A stretch of DNA of 20,000 bases from an uncultured virus (IMG/VR IMGVR_UViG_3300010347_003641) (IMGVR_UViG_3300010347_003641); one strand, 5' to 3'; shown: positions 1 through 9,726, numbered from the stretch's first letter. Notes: a model not told the origin generated them from the sequence alone. Numbers and translations: made by a program.

Positions 1-1
1 C

Positions 2-1039
2 GAACTCGACGGATTGAAGAAAGACCCTTCGAAAGGTATGAGAGCGAGAAAAGCCCAAAGGGCGATACAGGAAGCCCAGCAAAACGGAAAACTCATTATC
101 GACTTCGACGACTACGGTTGCGACACTCCAGATCAAATAATAATTTGTTCTGCCGAAGAAAACAAATGCCCGCTCATCACCTCCGACAGAATGATGCAGA
201 TCTTCGCTACGGAATTGAACATCGACGTTATTGATGCGAAAAAGCGGGAACGTGAAGGCAAGTTCCTCGTCAAGAGCGACAATATATTCGAAGATTCTAT
301 AAGTGTCGAGCCGGAAATCACGGAGTGCGAATACGGGTATGTCGAGGACTCAAGCGGGAAGCGCCGGCTCGGGTATCATTCGGACGGTACGATAACTTTC
401 ATAAACGAGCCGAAGATAAGAATACCCGGCGGCACAGAAGTTATTCCTTCTAACGACGGACAGAAATGTCTTATCGACGCTCTCAAAAGAGACGAGATCA
501 GAGCGATATTCGCCACCGGTTGCGCAGGTAGCGGAAAGACCTACATAACACTCGCGTGGGCCATATCGAGAATAAAGGCCGGCGCCTTCGACAGAATCGT
601 GTGGGTCGTGCCGCCTGTTCGTGTAGGCGGAAAGGATAGAGACGGTTATGTTCCTGGTTCCATCGAAGAAAAAACCGCGATATACTGCGGCGGTCTCAAG
701 GACAACATAACCAAACTCTGTCAAGACGCTGGCGAGTTCGCCGAGGCCTGCTTGGAGATCCAGTCGCTCAGTACAATTCGAGGAAGGACGATATCCAATT
801 CCATTTTCGTAGTTGACGAAGCGCAGAACATAACAGTTCACGAGATGAAAACGCTCCTCTCGAGAGTTGAGGATAATTCCAAAGCGATCATAATCGGCGA
901 TATAAACCAGTCGGATATCCGCGAGGCTACAGGTTTGAAGGCGGCTATCGACAAGTTCTATGGGAACGGATTTTCTGCCGTCGTCAATCTTGAGGCTTCG
1001 CAGAGGGGGAAAATCGCCGAAGCGGCCGATAAGTTGTGA
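2..1039 (+). CDS. phoH: PhoH-family ATPase with N-terminal PIN-like domain (PhoH2/YlaK-like), 5'-truncated by the window edge
   Basis: The frame is open upstream of the track start (2-13 reads ELDG, then LKKD, a PIN-like 'ELDGLK' motif). PIN-like segments 'PDQII' and 'LITSDRMM' follow. PhoH motifs present: Walker A GCAGSGKT, GYVPG, IRGRTI, VVDEAQN, IGDINQSD and a terminal QRG. Confidence 0.9.
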   Translation, partial: ELDGLKKDPSKGMRARKAQRAIQEAQQNGKLIIDFDDYGCDTPDQIIICSAEENKCPLITSDRMMQIFATELNIDVIDAKKREREGKFLVKSDNIFEDSISVEPEITECEYGYVEDSSGKRRLGYHSDGTITFINEPKIRIPGGTEVIPSNDGQKCLIDALKRDEIRAIFATGCAGSGKTYITLAWAISRIKAGAFDRIVWVVPPVRVGGKDRDGYVPGSIEEKTAIYCGGLKDNITKLCQDAGEFAEACLEIQSLSTIRGRTISNSIFVVDEAQNITVHEMKTLLSRVEDNSKAIIIGDINQSDIREATGLKAAIDKFYGNGFSAVVNLEASQRGKIAEAADKL

Positions 1040-1046
1040 GGACACT

Positions 1047-1517
1047 ATGGAAGACTTTGAAACCGATAGCAGACAAGATAGACTCATACTGGAACTTCAA
1101 AGAGAAATAGACAAGCTAAAGGAAGACGTCGAATACCTGAAGAACTCATACGCTTCGCAGGCTTTGAGTATCGACTGCCTCTTCAAAAAGCTGGACGAAC
1201 TCCAGAAAGAAACGAACAGCCTGAAAATGCAGGTGATTGGACTCGTAGATAAATTCGACGAATTGCGAGACCACATCGACGGGAAATGGAAAACCGATCT
1301 CCTCGCGAAAATGGTTGACTCACTCCAGCTAACGCAGAACCATTTGATTGAAATGATGAAGGACGTGTCGAAATCGCAGGCCAACCTCGCCGAATCTGTA
1401 AACGACAACAAGACGAAAGTGAGGATAAGAACGTTCGACTTCTGGCTCAAACTCTTCGCCGGCGGTGGACTTCTCTACTTCGTCATAGAAAAAATTCTCT
1501 CGCATCTACTAAAGTAA
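1047..1517 (+). CDS. Coiled-coil protein with C-terminal transmembrane helix (156 aa; XhlA/BhlA-like holin-type topology)
   Basis: The true start is probably ATG 1047, with GAGGA at 1038-1042, rather than the track start at 960. The body shows a heptad pattern and the C-terminus is hydrophobic (FWLKLFAGGGLLYFVIEKIL). A holin role is inferred from topology only. Confidence 0.65.
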   Translation: MEDFETDSRQDRLILELQREIDKLKEDVEYLKNSYASQALSIDCLFKKLDELQKETNSLKMQVIGLVDKFDELRDHIDGKWKTDLLAKMVDSLQLTQNHLIEMMKDVSKSQANLAESVNDNKTKVRIRTFDFWLKLFAGGGLLYFVIEKILSHLLK

Positions 1518-1893
1518 TTCTATTAAGCATTTTATAGGCAACGGTGTTCGAAGAGTCTTCGATGGATACCGTTGCTTTTCTGTCTATGACTTCGTAATAG
1601 GCTATCCATTCGTACTCTCTTCTCTGCTCGGGACTGTAAGTGTATTTTATTCCGTCAGTTTTCGAGAAGACGTATATCAGGAACTCTTCGTCGGATATCT
1701 TCTTCGCGACTGCGAGATAACCCGGCTTCATGTTGATGGAGCGTTCGTAAATAGTCCTGTATCCGCACGACGTTTCGAGAATGCCCGGAAATTCTATCTC
1801 CAACTTCACACGCATGACAGCATCGACCTTCTGCTGAACTTCTCGAATGTCGATACTTGGACCTTCAAGTTTTATGTAGATTTTGTCTTGCAT
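1483..1893 (-). CDS. Hypothetical protein (about 136 aa)
   Basis: The ORF fills the gap between two + strand genes and has protein-like composition. ATG 1893 has a GAAGG 7 nt upstream. The track start at GTG 1935 lies inside the putative promoter. The 3' end overlaps the neighbouring + strand gene convergently by 35 nt. Confidence 0.65.
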   Translation of the reverse strand: MQDKIYIKLEGPSIDIREVQQKVDAVMRVKLEIEFPGILETSCGYRTIYERSINMKPGYLAVAKKISDEEFLIYVFSKTDGIKYTYSPEQRREYEWIAYYEVIDRKATVSIEDSSNTVAYKMLNRITLVDAREFFL

Positions 1894-1925
1894 GTCTTTG
1901 GCCTTCACTAGCATCACCGAAATAA

Positions 1926-1951
1926 ATTTTATCACTTTTTCAACATGTCAA
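1926..1951 (-). promoter_or_regulatory. Putative extended -10 promoter for the leftward hypothetical gene
   Basis: The minus strand reads TTGACA-tgttgaaaaag-TGA-TAAAAT. This gives a TGn-TAAAAT extended -10, with a TTGACA at a non-canonical 14-nt spacing. Confidence 0.4.
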
Positions 1952-1976
1952 AATACCTTCGAAAGGGAGTGAGCGT

Positions 1977-2198
1977 GTGTTGAAGTCGAGAGAAGAAATA
2001 GGCAAAAAGGTACGTGCGCAGATGAGAATGCGCGGCATATCGGAGTATGATATGTTCTCGATCACGGGTATCGACCCGGCGAGGCTTTCCGAGATCTGTT
2101 TCGAGACGGCGAAAAACGAAAGCAAGGAACCTACGGCCATTGAGCTTTTACAGATATCGTCGGCGCTCGGGCTGAAGCTAGAAGATATTATCAAATAA
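1977..2198 (+). CDS. XRE/Cro-like helix-turn-helix protein (73 aa)
   Basis: Sequence pattern IGKKVRAQMRMRGIS..MFSITGIDPARLSEI...KEPTAIELLQISSALGLKLEDII is typical of HTH_XRE. An SD-like AAGGGAG lies upstream of the GTG start. Confidence 0.8.
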   Translation: MLKSREEIGKKVRAQMRMRGISEYDMFSITGIDPARLSEICFETAKNESKEPTAIELLQISSALGLKLEDIIK

Positions 2199-2234
2199 AC
2201 TTCCCTGCAAGTTATTCCTTATCAGGGTGGTGAA

Positions 2235-2552
2235 ATGGCTTTCGTTAAACAGGTTTTCGCCTCTGGAGACACGGCGGCGTACACATGGGCCAATAAAGTC
2301 GAGAACGCTCTCGAAGAGACGGCAAAGGCTCCTACGAAGGTAGTGAAGGAGACTTTGGCGTCTTCTCTTGCCGCGGACACGAACAAGACCGTTACCGGCG
2401 GCGCTCTCTACACCGGCAGGACGCTGGTTATTAGAGACGGAATATACCAGCACGAAACGGACGACTACGTAATAGTGAACTCGACTACCATCAAATTCAC
2501 ATACAACATTCCAGCCGGTTCTGTGCTGGAGTTCAGGTTCCCGGGGGTATAA
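2235..2552 (+). CDS. Small virion structural protein (105 aa)
   Basis: SD GGGTGGTG. The N-terminus MAFVKQVFASGD...NKVENALEE resembles phage fibre-anchoring N-termini. The C-terminus LVIRDGIYQ..DDY....TIKF...PAGSVL resembles a common phage structural beta-domain. Confidence 0.65.
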   Translation: MAFVKQVFASGDTAAYTWANKVENALEETAKAPTKVVKETLASSLAADTNKTVTGGALYTGRTLVIRDGIYQHETDDYVIVNSTTIKFTYNIPAGSVLEFRFPGV

Positions 2553-2555
2553 CAC

Positions 2556-4952
2556 ATGGCCACTCTCACTTCTACCAAAGCAGGCGTGTGGTCCGATCCG
2601 ACTGTTTGGGGCGGCGCGGTTCCTGCCGCCGGAGACGACGTTGTTGTAAATCATGATGTCGAATACGATCTGAACGACGAGGCAACGCTTCTCAACCTCA
2701 TAACTATAAACGCGAACGGTGTTCTAAGACATAAAGAAGACGTGCAAACGGCAATACATGTTTGGCAGGTCACCATCGCCGGCGGCACGTACCAGATGGG
2801 ACCGCTTTCCAAACATATTATTTACAGAAAGGGTACCGCTACGTACACGACCACCGGAAGAATATACATGAACACTACCAACTACGGCAAATTGCTTCTC
2901 TCCGGTTCGAGACTGGATCTATTTACGAGCCTCGCCGCTTCTCCTTCTATAGGAGACGCGTATCTCGACGTATCTGATTCGTCGAAATTAGGGTACGGCG
3001 ATAACATTCACGTCTATAAAGACAACAGAAACATTATGGACGACCAGGACGAAGGTTTTTGGGTCAACTACGTCGAGACTGGAAAGGTCTGGATACGGAG
3101 ATTCGTCGGTCCTTCTTGCACTACAACAGCTCAGGCGAACGCAGGAGCCACAGAGATCTATGTTGACAACGCCAGGAAATTCTTCGAGACCGACAGGGTA
3201 ATAGCCGACAACAGCAAGATCGTATTCGATATCCAGAGCATCGACCTATCCGAAAACAAGCTCGTACTAGCTTCTCCTCTCTCCGCTACGATCGCCGCCG
3301 GCACGATGCTGTACGAAACAGGCGTCGAGAAGAGCCACGACAGCGATTCGGAAGTTAGGGTCAATTGTATGACTCTTCAATCGGCGATATCTGCAAACAC
3401 GACGAATATCGTTCAGATATCAAACGCATCGAGACTATCGGTCGGCGACACCCTGTACATAGAGGACACTCACTGGAGCGGAACGTCGCGATACGAAGGT
3501 ACCTTCGCCACAGTCGCGTCTATAAACGGGAACGACGTTACACTATCCAACATGTACAGGCGAAACTATCAGACGGTAACAAACCTGACGAATTTTGACA
3601 GGAACATAGAAAGCGGCGCGATAGCCGTACTTCTTAACTTCGACTGCGTGGTAGAGGCCGATCTCACTCCCGGGCCTTACATCGACGTCGCTGACACCTC
3701 GAACAGCAACCGTCAGGTAGTTATAGAAAACGTGCTTTTGCATAAACTCGGCGGCTCGTCTTCGGCAACATACCGTGGCCTGTCTTTACGCGGTTACTTC
3801 AACGGGACCGCAGGCGGTACGTGCATAGTCCAGCGTAACGCGCTCTTGTCGTGCAACCAGAAAGCCGATGGCGAGGGAATGTATTTCTACGCGGCTTATT
3901 ACGGGATAAGACCTATCAGATGCAACTTTATATGGGGGGCCTATTCCGGTTTGAGAATGTACGGCTGTTTCCAGGGCGGCCGCGTGTTTGGGAACATCTC
4001 CTCTTTCGCTGGTTACAATAATTTCAGGATTGAATACATAGTGCACGGAATGAAGTTCGCGTACAACCTTGGAACGGCGAGCCAGAACTACGCTTACATG
4101 TTTGCCGCATCGTATCACGAGCGGCCGAATTCAATGCGTTCCGACGGCTGGGAAATTTATGCCGACAGCAACATAAGTAGATTTGCGGTATTCCCATTCT
4201 ATTTCACCGAGACGGCTACAGGGCTTCGCTATTCCCTAAACAGATTTTCGTTCTACAAACCTCACTACACGCCGAACCACCCTTTGTACTGCAACGGCTT
4301 TTTGTACGTTTTGAATTCCGAGATAGTCGGTCAGTTGACAACAACGACGTACGACAACAGCTCTGATTACAACCACTTCGGCACTTCGACGTCGGTAAAT
4401 AACGGACTCGTCTCCCTCAACCACAACTTCAATGGCGATACAATCGTGTACACAGGCCGCGCGATTTTCTACCTCGATATAGACAGCGGGAAACAGGTGT
4501 GGCGGATGTCGAAGAGAAACACTACGTACTGGTCTGGACTCGTCGGTAGCTGTTACCTCACGAAAGGGTCGAAGGCTACATTCACTGGCCAGATAATGGT
4601 CGCGACCAATTACAACGGTTCTACTCCTAGAGTACGGTGGTATTCGCCGTTCAATCTAGCGATGCAGTCGCAAGACGTACCAAACTACATAAAGGGAGTC
4701 TGGCTTCCGTACTTGGTAGAAGTAACTGCGCAGAGGAACGGCTTTTATTTTTTCGTCATAGAGACCAACGCTAACGATACCGACGTGTGGATGACCAATC
4801 CGGTGTTGTACGTAGATGGTTACGAATTGAGGCAGAGTACGATAGACTCCGCCAATCAGGCACGCCTGAAGGAGAGAGTGGTGTTCGACAGAGAGATCAC
4901 GCCGTCAGATTCATATGGGATAAAGCTGATGGGCGCAAGGTTCGGAGGATAA
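2556..4952 (+). CDS. G8-like / parallel beta-helix tail spike-like virion protein (798 aa)
   Basis: The N-terminus TSTKAGVWSDPTVWGGAVPAAGDDVVVNHDV is G8-like. Three small beta-rich repeats follow, then an Asn/Tyr/Gly-rich beta-helix-like region and a C-terminal CBM-like beta sandwich. The gene lies in the fibre operon. Confidence 0.65.
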   Translation: MATLTSTKAGVWSDPTVWGGAVPAAGDDVVVNHDVEYDLNDEATLLNLITINANGVLRHKEDVQTAIHVWQVTIAGGTYQMGPLSKHIIYRKGTATYTTTGRIYMNTTNYGKLLLSGSRLDLFTSLAASPSIGDAYLDVSDSSKLGYGDNIHVYKDNRNIMDDQDEGFWVNYVETGKVWIRRFVGPSCTTTAQANAGATEIYVDNARKFFETDRVIADNSKIVFDIQSIDLSENKLVLASPLSATIAAGTMLYETGVEKSHDSDSEVRVNCMTLQSAISANTTNIVQISNASRLSVGDTLYIEDTHWSGTSRYEGTFATVASINGNDVTLSNMYRRNYQTVTNLTNFDRNIESGAIAVLLNFDCVVEADLTPGPYIDVADTSNSNRQVVIENVLLHKLGGSSSATYRGLSLRGYFNGTAGGTCIVQRNALLSCNQKADGEGMYFYAAYYGIRPIRCNFIWGAYSGLRMYGCFQGGRVFGNISSFAGYNNFRIEYIVHGMKFAYNLGTASQNYAYMFAASYHERPNSMRSDGWEIYADSNISRFAVFPFYFTETATGLRYSLNRFSFYKPHYTPNHPLYCNGFLYVLNSEIVGQLTTTTYDNSSDYNHFGTSTSVNNGLVSLNHNFNGDTIVYTGRAIFYLDIDSGKQVWRMSKRNTTYWSGLVGSCYLTKGSKATFTGQIMVATNYNGSTPRVRWYSPFNLAMQSQDVPNYIKGVWLPYLVEVTAQRNGFYFFVIETNANDTDVWMTNPVLYVDGYELRQSTIDSANQARLKERVVFDREITPSDSYGIKLMGARFGG

Positions 4953-4953
4953 C

Positions 4954-7900
4954 ATGACGCCTATAAGGCTAGTAGATGGTCAGGAGTTACAGGCATTCAG
5001 CCAGGGGAACGGAAGAGTTGCGATACTGAAGACTTTAGAGGACAGGTTTGTAATAAAATTTGGATCGACGGTGGGTTCAGCGATCGAAGTGTTCTCCGTG
5101 TCCAATTCTGCAAACGACGTCGTGTTAGCGTCCGGCGTTGACCTTCTTTTCGACGGGGCAGCGGCAACGATAGGCGGAAACATTCCATCGTCTATAACGC
5201 TCGGAAAGGCGGGCGACACTATAAACCTGAACGCTGCCGGCGTAACGTACAACTTTCCTACGTCTGGAACTCCGTACCTCATGCTCACGGGCGGTGTTTT
5301 AACAGGAAACTTAGTGCTGGACAAGGCGGAACTTCATTTCAACTCAGCGTCAGCAGATGCTCAGACAGAAGTAGCACTCAAGGTCGATGGCGAGGACTTC
5401 GTCATATTCGAGCCGGAAGAATCCAACAGGGAATGGTTGCGCATAAAAGACACCGGCGAATCCGATCCGACGAACGCCATGAAACTCTTCGGCTGGAACG
5501 TGTGGCACACAGGAAACCTCACGCCTTCCAATTATCTCCCTCTTGCCGGCGGCACGTTGTCTGGATCGTTGAACATGAACAACAACACCCTCCAGCTTTC
5601 CGCCGACGATTACATCCTTGCGGGGAACGCGAGCTACTCGCAGGCGGGAATATGGATAAGTTCGGGACAGGACATAGCCTTCAACATTAACAGCAACGGT
5701 GCCGGAGCAGATAGCTTTCAGGTGTTCGAAGGGAGTACGCCGACCTCTCTGTTCCAGATAAGGACTGACCTGTTCAAATACAAGACTTACGACATATGGC
5801 ATTCTGGCAATTTCAATCCGGCCTCTAAATCAGACGTGCATTCTCACCCGTACATGCCAGACACTCACGACGCTTCGGCGGTAACTTCTGCGAAAATAAC
5901 AAGCTGGGACGCGGCCTATGCCCATTCGCAAGCTTCACACGCAAGGACAGATGCAACTCTCGTGCAGAGTTCTTTGACTAACGGGAACATAAAAATAAAC
6001 GGCACGGAAACCACCGTATATACACACCCTACCGACGCCGGAAACAAGCACATTCCCGCCGCAGGGGCGTCGGGTAATTTCCTGAAATACTCGTCTGCCG
6101 GCACAGCCACCTGGTCAACTCCCGCGATAGCAGATATAACCGGTCTTCAGACCGCTCTGGACGGAAAAGCGCCGACGCATACGCACCCATACCTCGCCGA
6201 TTCGCATGCGGCCAGCGGAGTTACAACGGGGAAGATCGCCAATTGGGACACGGCTTACACGCACTCGCAAGCAACGCACGCAAGAACAGACGCAACGCTT
6301 ACGCAAAGCTCGTCCACGAATGGAAATATAAAGATAAACGGCACAGAAATCACAGTCTATACGCACCCTTCTACTGACGGAAACAAGCACATTCCGAGCG
6401 GCGGTTCTGCCGGGCAATTCGTAAAATATTCCTCCGCAGGTACTGGAGCATGGGCCACGCCGGCGATAGCAGATATATCAGGCTTGCAGACCGCTCTCGA
6501 CGGGAAGGCTGCGAGTTCTCACAACCATTCTGCCGCCGATATAAATGCCGGAGTTCTTCCTGCGAGTTACGGCGGAACTGGATTGACTAGCATAGCGACT
6601 CTTCTCAATACAAACAATACATTAGATACAGTTCTCGCAAACGGGAACACAAGCTCGAATACGATGGTCGTAGGAAGGTATTTACAACAGGCCACTGGCG
6701 TTCCAACGGAGAACATCGGTTCTCCGTCTCTTGCGGAAATGGCGCTTTTCCAGCAGCAGTTCGACAATAAAACGTGGTTCTATCCAACGGACATGTTCAC
6801 GTTCGAATACACGAACGACGGGACGACGTGGATCAACGCGAATGTGCCTGCTTCCGAGATAAAGAAATTCGTCAGCGGATATTACAGTGCAACGATAAAC
6901 ATTCCGAACGGCTGCCAGAAATACAGGATACAGATCTACAACAAGAATACTTATGTGTACGTGAACGCCCTGTACATATACGCATCTGCAGCCGGTCATA
7001 GCACGAAGATAAAAATAAGGAAGAGAGATGTAATAAGTCAGGCCTGGTCGTACCACACCAACTCTGAAAGCACAGTCGGCGGTTGGCCGGCTCACTGGTA
7101 TCTTCCGTTCGCTGGAATACCATGGAGCAGATCCGCAAGCACAGGAATGTGCGATTACGTCGAAATAGAGTTTACGCCAGTGTGGAATGCAACATACCCT
7201 TCCAACGTGATAACGTTATACAACTTGGATCTTTGGGGCGGATATCCGGCAGGCACAAGAAGTTTGTTCGCATGGGATGGAGATAGGAACGCAACATTTC
7301 CAGCCCAGCTCAAAGCGAGCGAGCTTTACGAAGGAGCAAACAGAGTTTACAGTCCTAACAACACAAACATAGGAACCGGCGCTACAAACTACGCAGCCGG
7401 AAACGATTCGCGGTTTCACTCGAATGCCAACGATCCGACGAGCGACCAGAAGGCGGCCCTTGCCGGCACTTCTGGCACTCCGTCGAGCACGAACAAGTAC
7501 GTAACCAATGGAGATAGCAGATTGTCCAATTCCAGAACCCCGACGGCGCACAAATCGACTCATGCCTCCGGCGGTTCCGATCAGCTCACGCCTGCCGACA
7601 TAGGCGCGGCTCCAGCTCACACGCACCCGTACCTCTCCTCGTCCGGCGGAACTGTATCCGGCGACTTGACAATCACAGGGAACCTGACTATCAGCGGAAC
7701 GTCAACGACGATAAACACAGAGACCATCAACCTCGCAGACAACATAATCGTGCTGAATTCCAACTTCGCAGGCACGCCTTCCGAGAATGCCGGAATGGAA
7801 ATAGAAAGAGGCACATCTGCAAATGTTGTCTTGAGATGGAACGAAACGGCCGACATTTGGGAAGTCACCAAAGACGGCACCAATTACTACACAATACTCG

Positions 7901-9726
7901 ATTCCTCGCACGCGGCGAATGGAGTTACAAGTGGCAAGATTACCAATTGGGACGCAGCTTACACACACTCTCAGGCAACACATGCCCGTACAGACGCAAC
8001 GCTCGTTCAATCGTCGGCAACAAACGGAAATATAAAGATAAACGGCGCAGAGACAACCGTTTATACACACCCGAGCGGAGCCGGGAACAACCACATTCCC
8101 AGCGGCGGAGCTGCGAACCAGTTCCTACAATACAGCGCGTCTGGTGTTGCTGTCTGGAGTTCAGTAGATTGGTCCGAACTCTCCGGCAAACCTTCGACAT
8201 TCGCCCCGTCAACTCATACGCATGCAATAGCTGACACAACAGGACTCCAGGACGCGTTGAACACGAAATCCGACGTACACACGCACCCGTACCTGTCCAG
8301 TTCCGGCGGCACTATAACAGGAGACCTGCAATTAGACGCAGCCAACAACGACAGATATATAGTCTTCAACTATACAGGGAGCGCTGGATTCAGTTGGCGG
8401 CTTGGATACATAGGAACTGGAAGTGGCGACGCAAATTACTTCGCTATAGACACCAGCGGCGAAGACGGTACGTGGGCCAGGGCGTTGGAAATAGGACTTA
8501 CGTCAAAAAAGACGGACTTCAAAACTACCCCCTCCGTAAACGGAACACTTTTGTCTCTCTCAAACCACACGCATTCGGCCGTCACAACGTCTGTAGCAGG
8601 ATTCATGAGCGCGGCCGACAAGACAAAACTCGACGGAATAGCCACGAACGCGAATAATTATTCGCACCCAACGGGCGACGGGAATTTGCACGTGCCGGCA
8701 ACTTCTACTACAAACAACCTCAAGGTGCTTAAAGCCGGAGCGACTGCCGGCTCAATAGCGTGGAGCGATGTAGATTGGGCCGAATTAACCGGAAAACCTT
8801 CGACCTTCGCTCCTTCGGCGCACACGCACACGAAGTCTCAAATAACCGATTGGTCGCACGAGCATGCGATAAACATAGGGAACGGCGCGGCCACACAGAT
8901 ATCCCTGAATACAGGCAGTCGGTTGGATATCGTCGCGGGAACAGATATATCCATAGCCTACGACGACGCAAATGACAAGGTAACGATATCGAGCTCTTAT
9001 TCTCACCCTAGTGGTGCCGGATACAACCATATTCCTAGCGGTGGAGCGGCCAATCAGTTCCTTCAATACAGTTCATCAGGAGTCGCCGTCTGGAGTTCCG
9101 TCGATTGGTCTGAACTTTCCGGTAAACCTTCGACTTTCGCTCCTGCGACTCACTCTCACGCGATAGCAGATACTACGGGTCTTCAGGCTGCTCTGGACGG
9201 AAAAGCGCCAACACACACACACCCGTACCTTTCTGATTCGCATGCAGCCAGCGGAGTTACGACCGGAAAAATCACCAATTGGGACACAGCTTACACCCAT
9301 TCTCAAGCTTCGCATGCGTACCTGCCTCTTGCCGGAGGCACGATGGCTTCGAATGCCGTGATTGTGTTCCCCTCCGAGCAGAGGCAGAAGATAACCCTGT
9401 ACGCAGCTAACAGTTGGCACACGATAGGTACGGAAGCGTATCACATAGCGTACGGCGGATACCACAACGCGGCGGGATCTCACGAAGGTCATAAGTTTTA
9501 CACGGCGCCTTCGAACCTTGCAGCTCAAATAGGGTCTGGAACGTCGAATTCAGCATCAGGATACACCAACTCGAAGAACTCGAAATTCTTCGGCACAGTC
9601 GATTTTGCGGAGAGCACTAACACAGTTGGAGACGCCAACATAGGCGGCAAAGCGACGATAGCCTCGAAATTTGCGATAGAGTACAACGAGGATATGAACG
9701 CCCTCGACTTCAATTACATAGGTTGA
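4954..9726 (+). CDS. Long phage tail fibre protein 1 (1590 aa)
   Basis: Contains many fibre motifs (YLPLAGGT, HTHPYL, ITGLQTALDGKA, WSELSGKPSTFAPSTHTH, AGFMSAADKTKLDGIA) and an embedded NAGMEIERG..RWNETAD domain. SD GGAGG sits in the last codons of the previous gene. Confidence 0.9.
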   Translation: MTPIRLVDGQELQAFSQGNGRVAILKTLEDRFVIKFGSTVGSAIEVFSVSNSANDVVLASGVDLLFDGAAATIGGNIPSSITLGKAGDTINLNAAGVTYNFPTSGTPYLMLTGGVLTGNLVLDKAELHFNSASADAQTEVALKVDGEDFVIFEPEESNREWLRIKDTGESDPTNAMKLFGWNVWHTGNLTPSNYLPLAGGTLSGSLNMNNNTLQLSADDYILAGNASYSQAGIWISSGQDIAFNINSNGAGADSFQVFEGSTPTSLFQIRTDLFKYKTYDIWHSGNFNPASKSDVHSHPYMPDTHDASAVTSAKITSWDAAYAHSQASHARTDATLVQSSLTNGNIKINGTETTVYTHPTDAGNKHIPAAGASGNFLKYSSAGTATWSTPAIADITGLQTALDGKAPTHTHPYLADSHAASGVTTGKIANWDTAYTHSQATHARTDATLTQSSSTNGNIKINGTEITVYTHPSTDGNKHIPSGGSAGQFVKYSSAGTGAWATPAIADISGLQTALDGKAASSHNHSAADINAGVLPASYGGTGLTSIATLLNTNNTLDTVLANGNTSSNTMVVGRYLQQATGVPTENIGSPSLAEMALFQQQFDNKTWFYPTDMFTFEYTNDGTTWINANVPASEIKKFVSGYYSATINIPNGCQKYRIQIYNKNTYVYVNALYIYASAAGHSTKIKIRKRDVISQAWSYHTNSESTVGGWPAHWYLPFAGIPWSRSASTGMCDYVEIEFTPVWNATYPSNVITLYNLDLWGGYPAGTRSLFAWDGDRNATFPAQLKASELYEGANRVYSPNNTNIGTGATNYAAGNDSRFHSNANDPTSDQKAALAGTSGTPSSTNKYVTNGDSRLSNSRTPTAHKSTHASGGSDQLTPADIGAAPAHTHPYLSSSGGTVSGDLTITGNLTISGTSTTINTETINLADNIIVLNSNFAGTPSENAGMEIERGTSANVVLRWNETADIWEVTKDGTNYYTILDSSHAANGVTSGKITNWDAAYTHSQATHARTDATLVQSSATNGNIKINGAETTVYTHPSGAGNNHIPSGGAANQFLQYSASGVAVWSSVDWSELSGKPSTFAPSTHTHAIADTTGLQDALNTKSDVHTHPYLSSSGGTITGDLQLDAANNDRYIVFNYTGSAGFSWRLGYIGTGSGDANYFAIDTSGEDGTWARALEIGLTSKKTDFKTTPSVNGTLLSLSNHTHSAVTTSVAGFMSAADKTKLDGIATNANNYSHPTGDGNLHVPATSTTNNLKVLKAGATAGSIAWSDVDWAELTGKPSTFAPSAHTHTKSQITDWSHEHAINIGNGAATQISLNTGSRLDIVAGTDISIAYDDANDKVTISSSYSHPSGAGYNHIPSGGAANQFLQYSSSGVAVWSSVDWSELSGKPSTFAPATHSHAIADTTGLQAALDGKAPTHTHPYLSDSHAASGVTTGKITNWDTAYTHSQASHAYLPLAGGTMASNAVIVFPSEQRQKITLYAANSWHTIGTEAYHIAYGGYHNAAGSHEGHKFYTAPSNLAAQIGSGTSNSASGYTNSKNSKFFGTVDFAESTNTVGDANIGGKATIASKFAIEYNEDMNALDFNYIG
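5839..6516 (+). repeat. Tandem 339-bp (113-aa) coding repeat in fibre 1, with further copies at about 7900-8290 and 9001-9320
   Basis: HSHPY...WDAAYAHSQASHARTDATLVQSSLTNGNIKINGTETTVYTHP...GLQTALDGKA starts at 5839 and recurs as HTHPY... at 6178. Confidence 0.9.

Noticed and set aside
960..1046. Track start codons at 960, 16573 and 17502
   Set aside because: Each overlaps the upstream gene extensively. The downstream ATGs at 1047, 16606 and 17544 have SD sequences or stop-start coupling.
26..1966. 11-mer CCTTCGAAAGG at 26-36 and 1956-1966
   Set aside because: One copy is inside a coding region, and 11-mer matches are expected by chance in 20 kb, especially with the TCGA bias.
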